Shown here: in pieces, positions 36,790-49,229 of the stretch
How positions within the stretch are numbered: position 1 is the first letter of the stretch
Layout: every line of letters starts with the position of its first letter
From: Eledone cirrhosa
Lineage: Eukaryota
DNA length: 64,000 nt
Direction: 5' to 3'
Assembly: GCA_964016885.1 (NCBI GenBank)
Contig: OZ024741.1
Location: 204,476,001 to 204,540,000 of the forward strand
Position numbers and translations under genes: made by a program
Notes under the pieces: generated by a model
What the model was told of the DNA's origin: nothing
Seen by the model: only the letters and a program-made list of their open reading frames with translations
The model's database searches: none

Positions 36790-38010
36790 AAAAAAGAAAG
36801 ATTGCTCCAATTATAGAGGGATCTCCTTGTTAAGCTGCCCCAGTAAAGTCTATGTTATGTGTCTGGCAAAGATATGTATGAAGATCTTTTAGTCCAAGCT
36901 AGATGACGAACAGTGTGGTTTTCACCCCCGATGCAGAACAGCCAAACACTGCAACATATGTTTGAAAAATCGTGGGAGTACTGCCAAGATATGTATGCTT
37001 GTTTTATAGACCTCAAAAAGGCATATGACTGCATTCCACAGGACCTGTTGGGAAAAGTTCTTCAAGAATATGGTATCAATGAACAGCTTCTTGTTGCCCT
37101 GATGTCTCTATATGAATGCCCTAATATTTGTGTTTGGATAAATGGTGCTAAGTTGTCACCTCTCCTGTTCATAATCTTCTTTGACAGGATTGACATGCAC
37201 AGCCAGGTTGGAAGTGGCATGTATAGGATCAGTTGGCTGTAATTTGCAGATGGCATGGTATTACTTAACTCATCAGAAGGAAATGCACTTGATAGGTTTT
37301 CTGTTGAATGCTGCACAGTAGGAATGAAAATCAGTGCTGTGAAGACTGCGATACCTGTCCTTTCAAGAAAGCCTCCGCAGTGCACTCTACAGTGGATTTC
37401 CTCTAAAGGAGGTGAAGAAATTTAAGTATCTTGGAGCTGTGTTCATGAGTGATGGAAGGCAGGAGGCTGAATTAAGTCCAAGAATTGCAGAAGCTGGTCC
37501 AGTAATGTGCCAGCTTCAGCATTTGGTCATCTGAAGAAGGGATTTAGGTGTAAAATCCTAACTTGCTATCTTCAATTTGGTATTTGTGCCAACCCTTACT
37601 GATGGTCATGAATCTTGGTTAATGATTGAATATACAAGTAGCCAAAATGGGGTTCCTCCAAAGGATCTTTGGAGTAATGCTACTCGATAGAGTGTGTAGC
37701 TCAGAGATCAGAGAGTCGCTTCAGGTAGAGCCACTACTTCTCTGAATTGAGAGATCACCACTCCAATACTAGGAGCATGTGGTTAGAATATCTTAAGAAA
37801 AAAATTGTTGGACGAATTTTACGGGCAAAACCAGCCAGCAGGAAATCCAGGGGTAGACCCCGAGCAAGAGAATTGGACAACATCCATGAGCTTAGGGATC
37901 CAGCTGGATCAATTGAAGCTTGTTGCTACTGACAGGACCCACTGGGAGGCATGCTTGAGGAGTCTGCCCCCACGACCCTACCAAGAATAAGTGGGTGAAG
38001 AAGAAGAAAA
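36790..38010 (+). mobile_element. Degenerate RTE lineage E (no PHD insert; (GAA)n tail)
   Basis: DCSNYRGISL..EQCGF..CFIDLKKAYD..LSPLLF..FADG..FKYLG..GHESW..EMGFL..RGRPR. Ends GTGGGTGAAGAAGAAGAA. Confidence 0.85.
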
Positions 38011-38257
38011 TATAAACATTTTAAAACTGGACATTAAGTTGATGGAACATTGTATTTTTAAATTTAATAATGAATACTTTAAAATGGATATTTTTATACC
38101 ATGCAACCAAAGTTGGTCTCATACTGGTCGGTGTCAAAACAGCTTAGAATTAAAATTCAAGTCTCATTTTATGACCCAACCAGAATCTCAATATTAATAT
38201 ATCTTATAACAATAATTCCTTGCAGTATATTGTAACATAATTTTCACTATAACAGTT

Positions 38258-41200
38258 ATCATCATCATCATCATCATCATCATCATTTTACGTCCGCTTT
38301 TCCCTGCTTGCAAGGGTGGGATGGGTCTTATTCAGCACAGCATCTCTCCACTCGTCACGGTCCCTCGTCATCTCCACCGTGAGCTTCAATGATCTGAGGT
38401 CTGTTCTCACCACCTCCGCCCATGTTTTTCGTTGTCTACCTCTACCACGTCTTCCTTCAACTGGCATTTCCTGGCACTTCTTCACCCATCGGTCATCCTC
38501 CATGCGCATCACATGTCCATACCACCTCAGTCTCCTCTCCCGTACACTACATTCTATCCCTCTCAGACACAGTTTCTCTCTCAACACATTTATGCTGGGT
38601 CGTTCACGCACATTTACACTGCACATCCAACGGAGCATGCTTGCCTCATTTCTCTCCAGCCATCGCATATCCTCTGCAGTTGCTGCCCATGTCTCACTAC
38701 CATGCAGAATCCCGCTCCTCACACAGGCATAATATAACCGGCCTTTCGTATGCAGGGAGAAACCCTTCTTCGTCAACAGAGGAAGCAGCTCCCTAAACTT
38801 CTTCCAACCCGTCCTTATTCTAGATACTATGGCCTCGGAACACCCTCCTCCCATGCTAATCTGATCTCCTAGGTACCGGAAGCTATCCACCACTTCTATA
38901 GCGCCCTCTCGCATTTGAAAAATGTGTCTATCAGTGCGACTTCTACTGTCTAATTTCCCTGTACATCTACTGCATACATATTTCTCCCTACCTGTTAGTT
39001 TGCCTGCTATCCCGCTACATCTCTTGTGTACCCAGGATCTGCATTGTGTGCATTTTATAGAATTTATGCCAGTTCCTTTTCTGCATATCGAACATGGCCA
39101 TTTCCCTGACGGAATCAGGGTTTTGTCCTCTTTTCTACTCAACACTTTTGTCTTAGCTAGATTTACTCTCAGTCCTCTTGCTTCCAACTGCTGTTTCCAT
39201 AGCCGGAATTTATTCTCTAGCTCCTCTACTGATTCTGCCATAAGAGCCAGATCGTCAGCATAGAGAAGTTCCCATGGACAGCCAGTCTTAAACTCCTCTG
39301 TTATGGCTTGGAGGACTATAATGAACAAGAGCGGGCTGAGGACCGAACCCTGATGTACTCCTACTTGTATCTGGAATTCCTCACTAAACTCCATTCCTAC
39401 CCTGACTTTACTGAGAGTACCTCTGTACAAAGTTTGCACTGTCCTCACAAGCCATTCCTCAACACCCAGCTTCCTCAGGGACCACCAGATGGCAGATCGG
39501 GGTACCCTATCAAAGGCCTTCTCTAGGTCAACAAAGGCTAAGTATAGTGGCTTATTCTTCTCTAAGAACCTCTCTTGCATTTGTCTCACCAAGAAGAGGG
39601 CATCTGTTGTACTCTTCCCAGGCACAAAACCAAACTGCATCTCATCTAGTTTGACCCTTTCTCTAATTAGTTGTGCTAAAATCCTTTCTGCCACTTTCAT
39701 AACCTGATCTATCAGTTTTATACCCCTATAATTGCTCCTCTCCAAAGCATCCCCTTTACCTTTGTAGCAATTTATGAGAATACTGCTGCACCAGTCTTTG
39801 GGTATGACACCACCATATATAGCCTGATTGATGATGCGTGCAACCAGTTTAGTGCCTACGTCCCCTGATGCCTTCAGCATCTCGGCAACTATTCCCGATG
39901 GTCCGGCAGCCTTACCATTTTTCATTTCCCTAATCGCCTCTTGGACCCTATATTCGTCAATCTCAATAGCTGGTCCCTCTGTCGGATCTACCAAGGGTAA
40001 TTTCTCTCTCTCCCATTCGTTCTCCACATTTATCAGTCTCTCATAATGACATTTCCAGGCCTCCTTTTTCTGGTCATTCGTGACACTAAGTACACCGGCA
40101 TCATCCCGGACACATTTATCACCAACAACATCCTGATTTGCATTGACACACTGCCTTGCAATGTGGAACACCGCACGCCTCTGATCTTCCCGTCGCAGAA
40201 CATTGGCAAACTTCCTACTCTCTGCCTCCCTGCGTGCTAAGTACACCTGACGTCTAGCTTCTCTCTTAGTGGCTGTATATTCTTCCCTACTCCCACCCTT
40301 TTTCCAAGCCTTCCATGCTAGTCTTTTGTCTCTAATAGCCTTATCTACTGTGCTGTTCCACCACCAGGTCACTCTCTGTCTGGTTGGAGCTCTGCTCCAG
40401 CCACAGGTTTCATCAGTAGCCTGCAGCAAGTTGTCACGTAAGAACTTCCAGTTATTATCTATGTCATACGTCTCTAAATCGTCTTCTTTTTCGTCATATA
40501 CATCTTGAAGGGCTTTCCTAAATTTGAATTTTAGTGAAAGGTCTTTTAGCTTCCAGACCTTTCTTCTCCACACCTTCCTATATGTTTCATTCCATCTCTT
40601 GCTTACTGAGATATCACTAACAACTAACCTATGCTGTGGGGTACATTCTTCCCCAGGGTATGCCTTGGTATTAGACACTATCTGCTTGTCCCGCTGCCTA
40701 ACTAGCAGGAAGTCAATCTGGCTTATGTGCTCACCAGATTTGTAGGTTATTAGGTGATTGGCAGGTTTCTGGAAGTTTGTGTTACAAATAGTCAATGTAC
40801 TTGCATCACAAAATTCAAGAAGTCTCACTCCTTCTTCATTTCTTGAACCGTAACCGTGCCCACCATGTACCCCAGTGTAACCATCCTGGAGCTGTCCAAC
40901 ATGACCATTGAAGTCTCCTGCTAGCATAACGATGTCTCCGTCCTCTGTCATTGTGGTTGTTTGCAAAAGTTGCTCATAAAAGCAGTCTTTCTCATCTTTG
41001 CCTAGGCCTGCTTGGGGAGCATAGACCGAGATGATTGTCAGTAGTCTCCTACCTACAACTAATCTAAGCTTAATTATTCGATTACTAACTCGAACTACCT
41101 CTATTGTCTTATTGATCCATTTCTCAGCCAGGAAAATGCCTACTCCCCCTAACCCATGATCCTTACCTACCCAGAATAGCTTATAGCTAAGACGCTTGCC

Positions 41201-41530
41201 TACGACTAGTCTCGCAGAGGCACCTCTCCATCTCACCTCTTGCACGCAGCACACATCCACCTGCCTTCTCTCCAGCATCTCCGTTATTTCAGCAGATCTA
41301 CCTCTGAGAGTGCCAACATTAAGTGTTGCAACTCTGAGATGCAACGTCTTCATGTTTTTCTATGCTGTTTTGTTGCTGTGCTGATAAGCTTTTTGGCATT
41401 GATACACTGGTTGGATGCCCTTCCTAACACCAGCGCCACTTTACAGCATGGACTGGGTGCTTTTATTTGTGCCACCAGCACTAGACTCAAGGGCCCTCTC
41501 TACCCCTCCATTTTACAGCATGGTCATTAA
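38258..41530 (-). mobile_element. RTE lineage B, apparently full length with an intact ORF
   Basis: ~175-nt leader, single 3066-nt ORF, (GAT)n tail immediately after the stop codon. Confidence 0.95.
38288..41353 (-). CDS. RTE polyprotein, 1021 aa: AP endonuclease + reverse transcriptase with inserted PHD finger
   Basis: Uninterrupted ORF with NVGT, QE, YAPQ, GDFN, QIDF, QH (APE) and YRGI, QFGF, FVDLEKAFD, GVHQG, YADD, FRYLG (RT). Confidence 0.95.
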   Translation of the reverse strand: MKTLHLRVATLNVGTLRGRSAEITEMLERRQVDVCCVQEVRWRGASARLVVGKRLSYKLFWVGKDHGLGGVGIFLAEKWINKTIEVVRVSNRIIKLRLVVGRRLLTIISVYAPQAGLGKDEKDCFYEQLLQTTTMTEDGDIVMLAGDFNGHVGQLQDGYTGVHGGHGYGSRNEEGVRLLEFCDASTLTICNTNFQKPANHLITYKSGEHISQIDFLLVRQRDKQIVSNTKAYPGEECTPQHRLVVSDISVSKRWNETYRKVWRRKVWKLKDLSLKFKFRKALQDVYDEKEDDLETYDIDNNWKFLRDNLLQATDETCGWSRAPTRQRVTWWWNSTVDKAIRDKRLAWKAWKKGGSREEYTATKREARRQVYLARREAESRKFANVLRREDQRRAVFHIARQCVNANQDVVGDKCVRDDAGVLSVTNDQKKEAWKCHYERLINVENEWEREKLPLVDPTEGPAIEIDEYRVQEAIREMKNGKAAGPSGIVAEMLKASGDVGTKLVARIINQAIYGGVIPKDWCSSILINCYKGKGDALERSNYRGIKLIDQVMKVAERILAQLIRERVKLDEMQFGFVPGKSTTDALFLVRQMQERFLEKNKPLYLAFVDLEKAFDRVPRSAIWWSLRKLGVEEWLVRTVQTLYRGTLSKVRVGMEFSEEFQIQVGVHQGSVLSPLLFIIVLQAITEEFKTGCPWELLYADDLALMAESVEELENKFRLWKQQLEARGLRVNLAKTKVLSRKEDKTLIPSGKWPCSICRKGTGINSIKCTQCRSWVHKRCSGIAGKLTGREKYVCSRCTGKLDSRSRTDRHIFQMREGAIEVVDSFRYLGDQISMGGGCSEAIVSRIRTGWKKFRELLPLLTKKGFSLHTKGRLYYACVRSGILHGSETWAATAEDMRWLERNEASMLRWMCSVNVRERPSINVLREKLCLRGIECSVRERRLRWYGHVMRMEDDRWVKKCQEMPVEGRRGRGRQRKTWAEVVRTDLRSLKLTVEMTRDRDEWRDAVLNKTHPTLASREKRT

Positions 41531-42020
41531 AAAAAAAAAAAAAAAAAAAAACTTATTGACACGACTCACACACCAATACTCATGCATACAAACCACAACC
41601 ACACATACCAACACTCATTCATGCATACAAACACACACACCACTCACAAACATATATATATATACATATATTACCGACAGTACTGATACAAAATCAAAAT
41701 CTTATTAATTTAATTGCAATAATATTACTATTTTATATGGTATAAGCCAGTTGGTAGAACTATTCCAGCAGAGTATTTATTGTGTAAATAGCAATTAGTC
41801 TTTTTATAAAGTTCAATATCATAATATAAAATAAATATTGTGATTAAATAACATAATATACTATGTTCTTTTTATAAATAAAGTAGAAACATTGAAATAG
41901 TTCTGGAAATGTATTTGTAGCACAAACTGAATATATGCTTCCAATATATAAACCTCTTTCTTACATTTTAGCATTTAACCATTAAAATTATTTTCACGCA
42001 CTATTTTTATATTTTTCCAG

Positions 42021-42063
42021 GATGACCTTGATTTACCAGTGAAGGTAAAAGTCGGACATATTG
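42021..42063 (+). CDS. VPS13: VPS13A/C-like exon: DDLDLPVKVKVGHI
   Basis: TTTTTCCAG acceptor, GTAAGA donor, 43 nt, in phase with the previous exon. Matches the chorein-N LD.P.KVK.GHI motif. Confidence 0.92.
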
Positions 42064-42792
42064 GTAAGATATATTATTGTATGCTTTTAAAATTAAAATT
42101 TCCAAATTATCATAATCTATACCTCCATCATTTCAGGTGTTTATACATCCTTTTTTTAACAAAGAGTGTAATGAGTTGCATAAAAATGTTGGGTTATCTC
42201 ATTAATTGCATACAAAGTGGATGAGAAATTACATTAGGAATTGGAGCAGCTGTAGATTCCATTTGCTCAATCAAGAAAAACCTACACTTAGCAACATTTT
42301 TCAAACATTTTCCACTACTTAGCTGCTTCCTTTTTCTGTCTCTTACTATTACTTCAATAGTTTCTATTCATCTCAACTTGTTGATAATATATATCTTTAC
42401 TTAACCCTCGCCTGTCTCACTTATCTTCTTCCACTAACTTTTATGTGACTCATACATTAAGTACTTTTCTCAATCCTTCCTCATCAGAACTACATGGTTC
42501 TAGAAATCCATTTTTCCTGCCAATATTTTCTTTTCAACAGCTGATCTCATAAGGGTTAAAATAAGTAGAGATCTATTACTAATTGTTATCTCCCAGGCTA
42601 AATTATGCCCTTTCTTACAGGCTAAATTATCTACAAAAAGAAAAAAGGTGTTTAATTAATCTATAGACTTCAATTTTAAATATGTAAATATCCAAATGCA
42701 TTTTCATAGTGTGTCTTTTTAAGTTTGTGTGAGTTTGATTTCTGTATTTGAAAAAAAAAATTAAACAAATTAAAATAACATTTTCGTTACAG

Positions 42793-42888
42793 CTAAACTA
42801 ACATTGAAAATACCCTGGAAGAACTTGTATGAAGAACCTGTTATTGCAGAATTAGATGGCATCTATGCTTTGGCTGTACCAAATATTG
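42793..42888 (+). CDS. VPS13: VPS13A/C-like exon: (A)[31 protein letters not shown]
   Basis: CAG acceptor, GTGAAT donor, 96 nt. Contains the hallmark IPWKNLY motif of VPS13A/C. Confidence 0.95.
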
Positions 42889-43415
42889 GTGAATATTTAC
42901 ATATTTTAATTGTTTTATCAATTTTTGTATTTTATCTTCTTGTATACTTTTAAGGGATTTTAAAAGCTCCAATCAATGATTTAGCAATGTTATACTTAAG
43001 GGACTGTGATTGACAGAATTGGTCAAGCAATAGACAAGATGCTGTTTGGAATTTATGTCAATTTTTGTTTTGAGTTCATATTCCACCAGGGTTGATGTTA
43101 CCTTTCATTCTTCCAGGACCAACAAAATGAAGTACCAGTCAATTACTGTTTTCTTTTTCCATCAAAGTTTATGGCTGTGTGCTTATGTTAGAAATCAATA
43201 TTTTAATTGTCAATAATTTAGGTTGTTTTACTTGGTGTGTTGAACTGTTCACTGTTTAATGTCACCATCATCATCATCGCCGTTTAACGTCCATCTTCCA
43301 CGCTTGCATGGGTTTGGACAGGAATTTTCCCACTTGAGGCAAGATTGGTTGTCTTGCTCATATAGAACTGTCTGGCGGGTTTTCTACGGCTGGATGCCCT
43401 TCCTAACACCAACCA

Positions 43416-43578
43416 CTAAGCATATTCTAAGATGGTTATCACTTAACTTGTCACATAAACAATTATAGTATAGTGTTATGAATATAAAAAAATTAGCATA
43501 CTTAAGAGGATTGAAACATCTAACAAAATTTGTCACATGAACATGAAATATGTGATAACCATCTTAGAATATGCTTAG
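43416..43578. repeat. 163-bp element with perfect 27-bp terminal inverted repeats (MITE-like)
   Basis: CTAAGCATATTCTAAGATGGTTATCAC ... GTGATAACCATCTTAGAATATGCTTAG. Confidence 0.75.
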
Positions 43579-44633
43579 AAAGATAGAAAGAGAGAGTGTG
43601 TGTGTGTGTGTGTGTGTTTGCAGAGGTTTCAAAAGATGGACTGGCATATTGCCCAATAAAAGTGGTAGCGGCTTAACAGAATAGTTTTATGGTCTGTTTG
43701 CCATGCTTTCTCTCTGTTGCTGGAATACTTTTTCATTGAAGGCACATAGCAACTATGGTGTTTTTGAGATTTTATGCAGATTCTGTGTATTTGACTAGGA
43801 AGCGATGAAATTTCTTACTTCTGATAAATACTAATTGGGGGGGGGGGGGCTGAAGAAATGTGCATGTATTTATCTTTGAGGTTTTGTCAAGTCTTCATCT
43901 GTATATTGTGATTTTGAAAATGTTTTGATTTATTAAGAATAGATTTTTGTTGGGGGCTTTTTTTTTATTTTTTATTTATTTGTCGTCGTCGTCGTCGTCC
44001 ATGCTGGAATAGGTTTGACAGAAGTTATTCCAGTTTTCTGGAAATTAAGCAACTGAAAATACCAGTTCATTACAAGGTTTATCCTAGCTGCTGGTACTCA
44101 TTTTCAGACGATTTTACTGAAGCAATGTGAAACAGAGTGCTTTGGTCAAGGTTACAATGTGGCACCTGCAGATACATGAATTAAACCCACAAACTTACAA
44201 TTGTAGGAACAACATCCTAAACACTAGGCTGCATGTCTTCATTTTAATTATGTCTACCATCATCTGTGGTTCACATGTTAGTTATTCTAATTTTGGTGTT
44301 CATAGAAATTGTGATGGCTCCAGAAAGTATGTTAAACAATTAGGATTTAAATGGAATAAACTTTAGGCCATGTGGTATTTATTTGATTTTTACATATTTT
44401 CCATTTAATGAACTGTTGTTCTTTGTAACTGGATTAAGCTTCTGCAGTTTACCAGTTTTTACCTATTTGGTGGTTCACCTTAATTTGGTAATGTTGGTAA
44501 TCATGAGAAACTATGTATATGGTCCGAAAAGAGCCATTAAATGTAGTGACTTAACAGTTGAGAAAATACAAATCTGTATAACATTAAATAGGAAACAATA
44601 TTATTGTAGCTATAGTAAATGGAGAAGACGCAT

Positions 44634-47452
44634 ATGAAATAGGAGAATTATCTTTATTAGGTTTACTGAGACCAGGAGAATAATGTGCTCTGTACATGGC
44701 TGATATAATGGCATAAGCAATGTTTGAGCTAGAAACTCTTTGAAGCAGAATAATGTTAACAGTTCAACATCCTAGTTAAACAGTTGTTACTATTTAACCC
44801 TTTTGTTACCAACCCACCCCAAACTGCCTTTGGTTCTATGAAACAAAACCATCAATTTTTAAAGGATCCTATTTAAATTTAGATTTTCTAATTTCATTTT
44901 ATATAAGAACCATACATTAAGAAAACTATCTTAGTAATAAAATAATTAATAATTTTAGTAAATCTCTCAAAATTCTTCATAATTATAGTGTCTTTTATTA
45001 GAAATATGATCAGGAAAAGGTTAACAATTAGTAACCTTTTGAATCAGATTAATTTTAAAGAGCATTTGAACATCTAAATCATTATTCTGCAAGTATCATT
45101 AAAACTCTAGAACCATGCAGTGTTGAGATGGTAATAATTAAATGTGATCAAACGGTTTTGTATTCAATCTAACAACTGATACTGAACAACATTTTTTTTG
45201 TTACCATATTGGCTCTTATTATTCACATTTAACACTTCTGATACCAACTGCCTGAAACCATCTCTGATTTTAAAATAAAAAAAAAAACTGTTCATTCTTA
45301 TATTAAAACCTTTTACCATAATTTTATTTAAGAACTTTTTTGTTAAGTAATATTTCAAACATCAGCTTACTAATGAAAAGGTTATTTATTTTACTAAATT
45401 CTTCAAAATCTTTTAGTATTTTCAAAAATAGCTGAAACGCATTAATGGTGTATTTCAAAGAAAAAATAATTGATATTTATTGATTTAAAAATATATTTGA
45501 TAAATTCATACAATTAATTTGCTCACATTTTGAATTGGTTGTTATATATAAAACTACTTTAGTTCAAAATAGAAATTGTAGTCTAACAAATTTGGTATAT
45601 GGAAGTTGTTAAATCTTGTATATGCTCACTGGTGTGGCGTAAAAGATGACATAGCCATTCAATAAATAAGTACCAAATTGAAATAAGTACTAGGGTCTAT
45701 ATAACAAAATATTTAAAGGTAATTCCACAACATGGCCACATTACAATGACTAAAGCCAATAAAAGAATATGTAATGTTTAATAAACTCATTTAGTCTTGC
45801 TGTGAATGTTTATTGAACATAAGGTTATGAATCTTTGTACATATTTATTCATAACCCATACTGTATTGATACTTTGAGTATTAATGTTCAGCTACCAGTT
45901 TTGTATCATTATGTAAATGATTGGTCTCCATAATAATCTCATTTACATTTGTTAATAAGTAGTTCTTCATTACTTTCCTTTATCAGTTTGGAAAGCAGCG
46001 ATAAGCAATCTGTGGTGTATTTTAACAGAAAGCTAGCAGTTTTGTTCTTAATTGCAAGCTGGCAAAAGCTATGTAGTTTAATGACAGAGCCCAATTTAAC
46101 AAAAAAACTAAATATAAATTTATCAAATGAATGGAGATAACTATATCATATTCATTTATATTGTTTATGTAGCCCATGTTATGATTTTTTAACTTATTTT
46201 AAATATATAGATTTAGAAATGTTCTAATTCAGCCATAGTAAACCAAGTTATAAATGGAATATATGAGCAAGACATGGCCATCTGACCTGTCTAGCCTCAT
46301 AACATAACAGCCTGTCTATACTGTGCAAGCATGCAAAATAAATTTTAAACAGGGATGATGAAGATGACATAGAAATTTTTTTTTTTTTTCTTTCATTTTA
46401 AGATAGAATATTAATTGGAATCTCTTATGTGAAGGTAAACGTATTAGGAGAGAGAGAAATTGATATTTGTGGTGTATATGTAAACATTCTGAACCACATT
46501 AATGATATCAGTAAAGGAAATCAATCTGTAGAGGAAATTTGAAACTGAACACAGACTTGGTTCATTGAGAATTTACTATTACACTTCAGCACCTACTACA
46601 TGGTGATAAAGATTTCTAACTTAGATCTAAGGCCTTAATGAAGTCAGTGCTCTAACATGGACAAAATAAACTAAAGAATTAAAGACTACATGGGTGTGAG
46701 GCGTATAGTATATTTGATGCTACACCTACCCATGTACTTGAGTAGTGCCTATTTCATTGATTAACCAAAGGAGGAAAGATGAAAATGACTTCAGTTGGAG
46801 TTAAATTCAGAATGCAAAGATGCATTACTAAATATCAATCCTACTGTCTTTCATTTTCCTTTTCATTGTGTTTAATAACATAATACAAATTCAATAACAA
46901 TTGGCTTCAGCAATATCAGTTTACAGGCTTTTTCACTTTATTGGGGAGCTGGGTGGGTTTATATATGTAGATATTATGTGAGTTATTGATGTATCTTTGT
47001 ATCCATATGGTTTTTTTTTGGTTTTTTTACCTAGTCACGCCACATAAGCATGAAATAGGAGAATTATCTTTATTAGGTTTACTGAGACCAGGAGAATAAT
47101 GTGCTCTGTACATGGCTGATATAATGGCATAAGCAATGTTTGAGCTAAAAACTCTTTGAAGCAGAATAATGTTAACAGTTCAACATCCTAGTTAAACAGC
47201 TGTTACTATTTAACCCTTTTGTTACCAACCCACTCCAAACTGCGTCTGGTTCTATGAAACAAACGCATCAATTTTTAAAGGTTCCTATTTAAATTTAGAT
47301 TTTCGAACATCATTTTATATAAGAACCATACATTAAGTAAACTATTTTAGTAATAAAATAATTAATAATTTAAGTAAATCCCTCAAAATTATAGTGTCTT
47401 TCATTAGGAAAAGGCTAACAATTAGTAACCTTTTGAATCAGGTTAACTTTAA
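44634..47452. repeat. Direct duplication of ~420 bp (44634-45058 and 47050-47452)
   Basis: ATGAAATAGGAGAATTATCTTTATTAGGTTTACTGAGACC... is near identical in both places. Includes a TTAA MITE. Confidence 0.9.
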
Positions 47453-49229
47453 CTGTGCAACATCCTAGTCAAACAACTCTTAACATAAGTTATTGATTTA
47501 TTGACACTTAAACAATAAATATTGATTGTTTTCCCTTAAACAATGGCTTGAATTGGGGGAAAACCAAGTTGAAAGTTGAGTTTGGATTAATTATTGAAAT
47601 ATATTCCCCAGGGTTTAAATAACAATCCTCCATTGTTCTTTGAAATTATTTTGTCTTATTAATATTTCTTGTACAAAGGAAAACTTGATTATTGATTGTG
47701 TGTCAATCTCAATATTCTATGTAAACTTGAAATGTGTTACATTTAAGTGTGTGTAGTGACTGAGAAATGTCATCAAATGCTGTGAAATAAGGAGATATGT
47801 AAATCCTATCAATGAATAGAAGGTTGACTTTAGTAGCATGAAAATAAACAATACGGAGTAGAAGTGCTAAATGACAAGTGTAGAAGTTGGTTAATCCTTT
47901 CATTAACATATTTCTAATGAAAGACACTACCTATGATTTCCAAGTCATATTGAAAATCATCTAACCCATGGTAGCATGGAAGGTGGACATTAAACAGCGA
48001 TGATGATGATTGAAAATAATTAAGAATTTGGGGGAATTTAGTTATACAATGATTGTTTTGCATTATTAATTTGGTGTTTGGAATATAACAAAGGTTCTTG
48101 CAAAAATTATTATGGGAAGTTTTTAAATAAATGTATACAGATTTGTATTGTAGAACCAGAGGTAGTTTCAGGCAATTTAATATCAAAAGGGTTTAAAATA
48201 ATTCAGATTCTTGTATTCTGGAATGACTCGGGTTAACTTTGCCTTTCGTCCTTACGCGGTTGATAAAAATAAAGCACCAGTAATGCACTGGGGTAATTGC
48301 TGGTCTTGTGGCAAAAGTAGAAATAGTAACATACAGAAATTATTAGAGATAAAACATATTAAGAAAAATGCAAGACCTCCAAATGTAGAAAAAGAGAAAA
48401 AAAAGTTGTATAACAATATATAAAGAATTACCATTTTGTATTTTTTTAATGCCTCATACAACAGATGTATTTGTCAGAATTATTGCATACCTGAGCTGTT
48501 AACTTTAATGATGTATATCTGACACTTTGTAGATATATTAGATATATTATGCAGGAGTCATCATCATTTAACATTCGTTTTCCTTACTAGTAAGGGTTGA
48601 ATGGGTTATCATAGGCCATATCAGTACTTAATCAGAGCCACTGACCTCCGAGAAGAGCTGGGGACTGAATCTCACTTACATTTCCACACTTTACAGAGTG
48701 TGCTGAGTATGTTTTATCATGGCACCAGCACCAGGGAATTTGTCATGCTCTTGATACAACTGAAAAGTCCTTTCAACTCTTTCTGGATGCCATTTTACAG
48801 GGTGTACTGGGTGCCTTTTTTATAGCACCAGCAGTAGAGAGGTTGCCATGTTCATGATGTGACTGGAGAGTCCCCCTCAGCCCTTATTGGCATAGTTCCT
48901 GCAGTTGGATGCCCTTCTTAATATCAACCATGTTACTGAGGGAACTAGATGTATATTATTGTGGCACCTGAACTAAGGAGGTTGTCAGCCATTGACTTGA
49001 CTGAAGAGCCTTCCCTCCCTTGTGAGGATGGATTACTTGTCCCAAGTAGGTTTAGGGGAAGTATTAAGGAAATATTAAGTTTTAAATCATAATGGTCTCT
49101 GCGAAAATAGACTCACAGCGCAATGGTTCAGTGAAATTATTATTGTCTGATAATGTTTTTATAAACACTAGCAGAAAAACCGCCATCGGGTGATTTTCTG
49201 CTAGCATATGTAGTGTGTATATTGGTATT

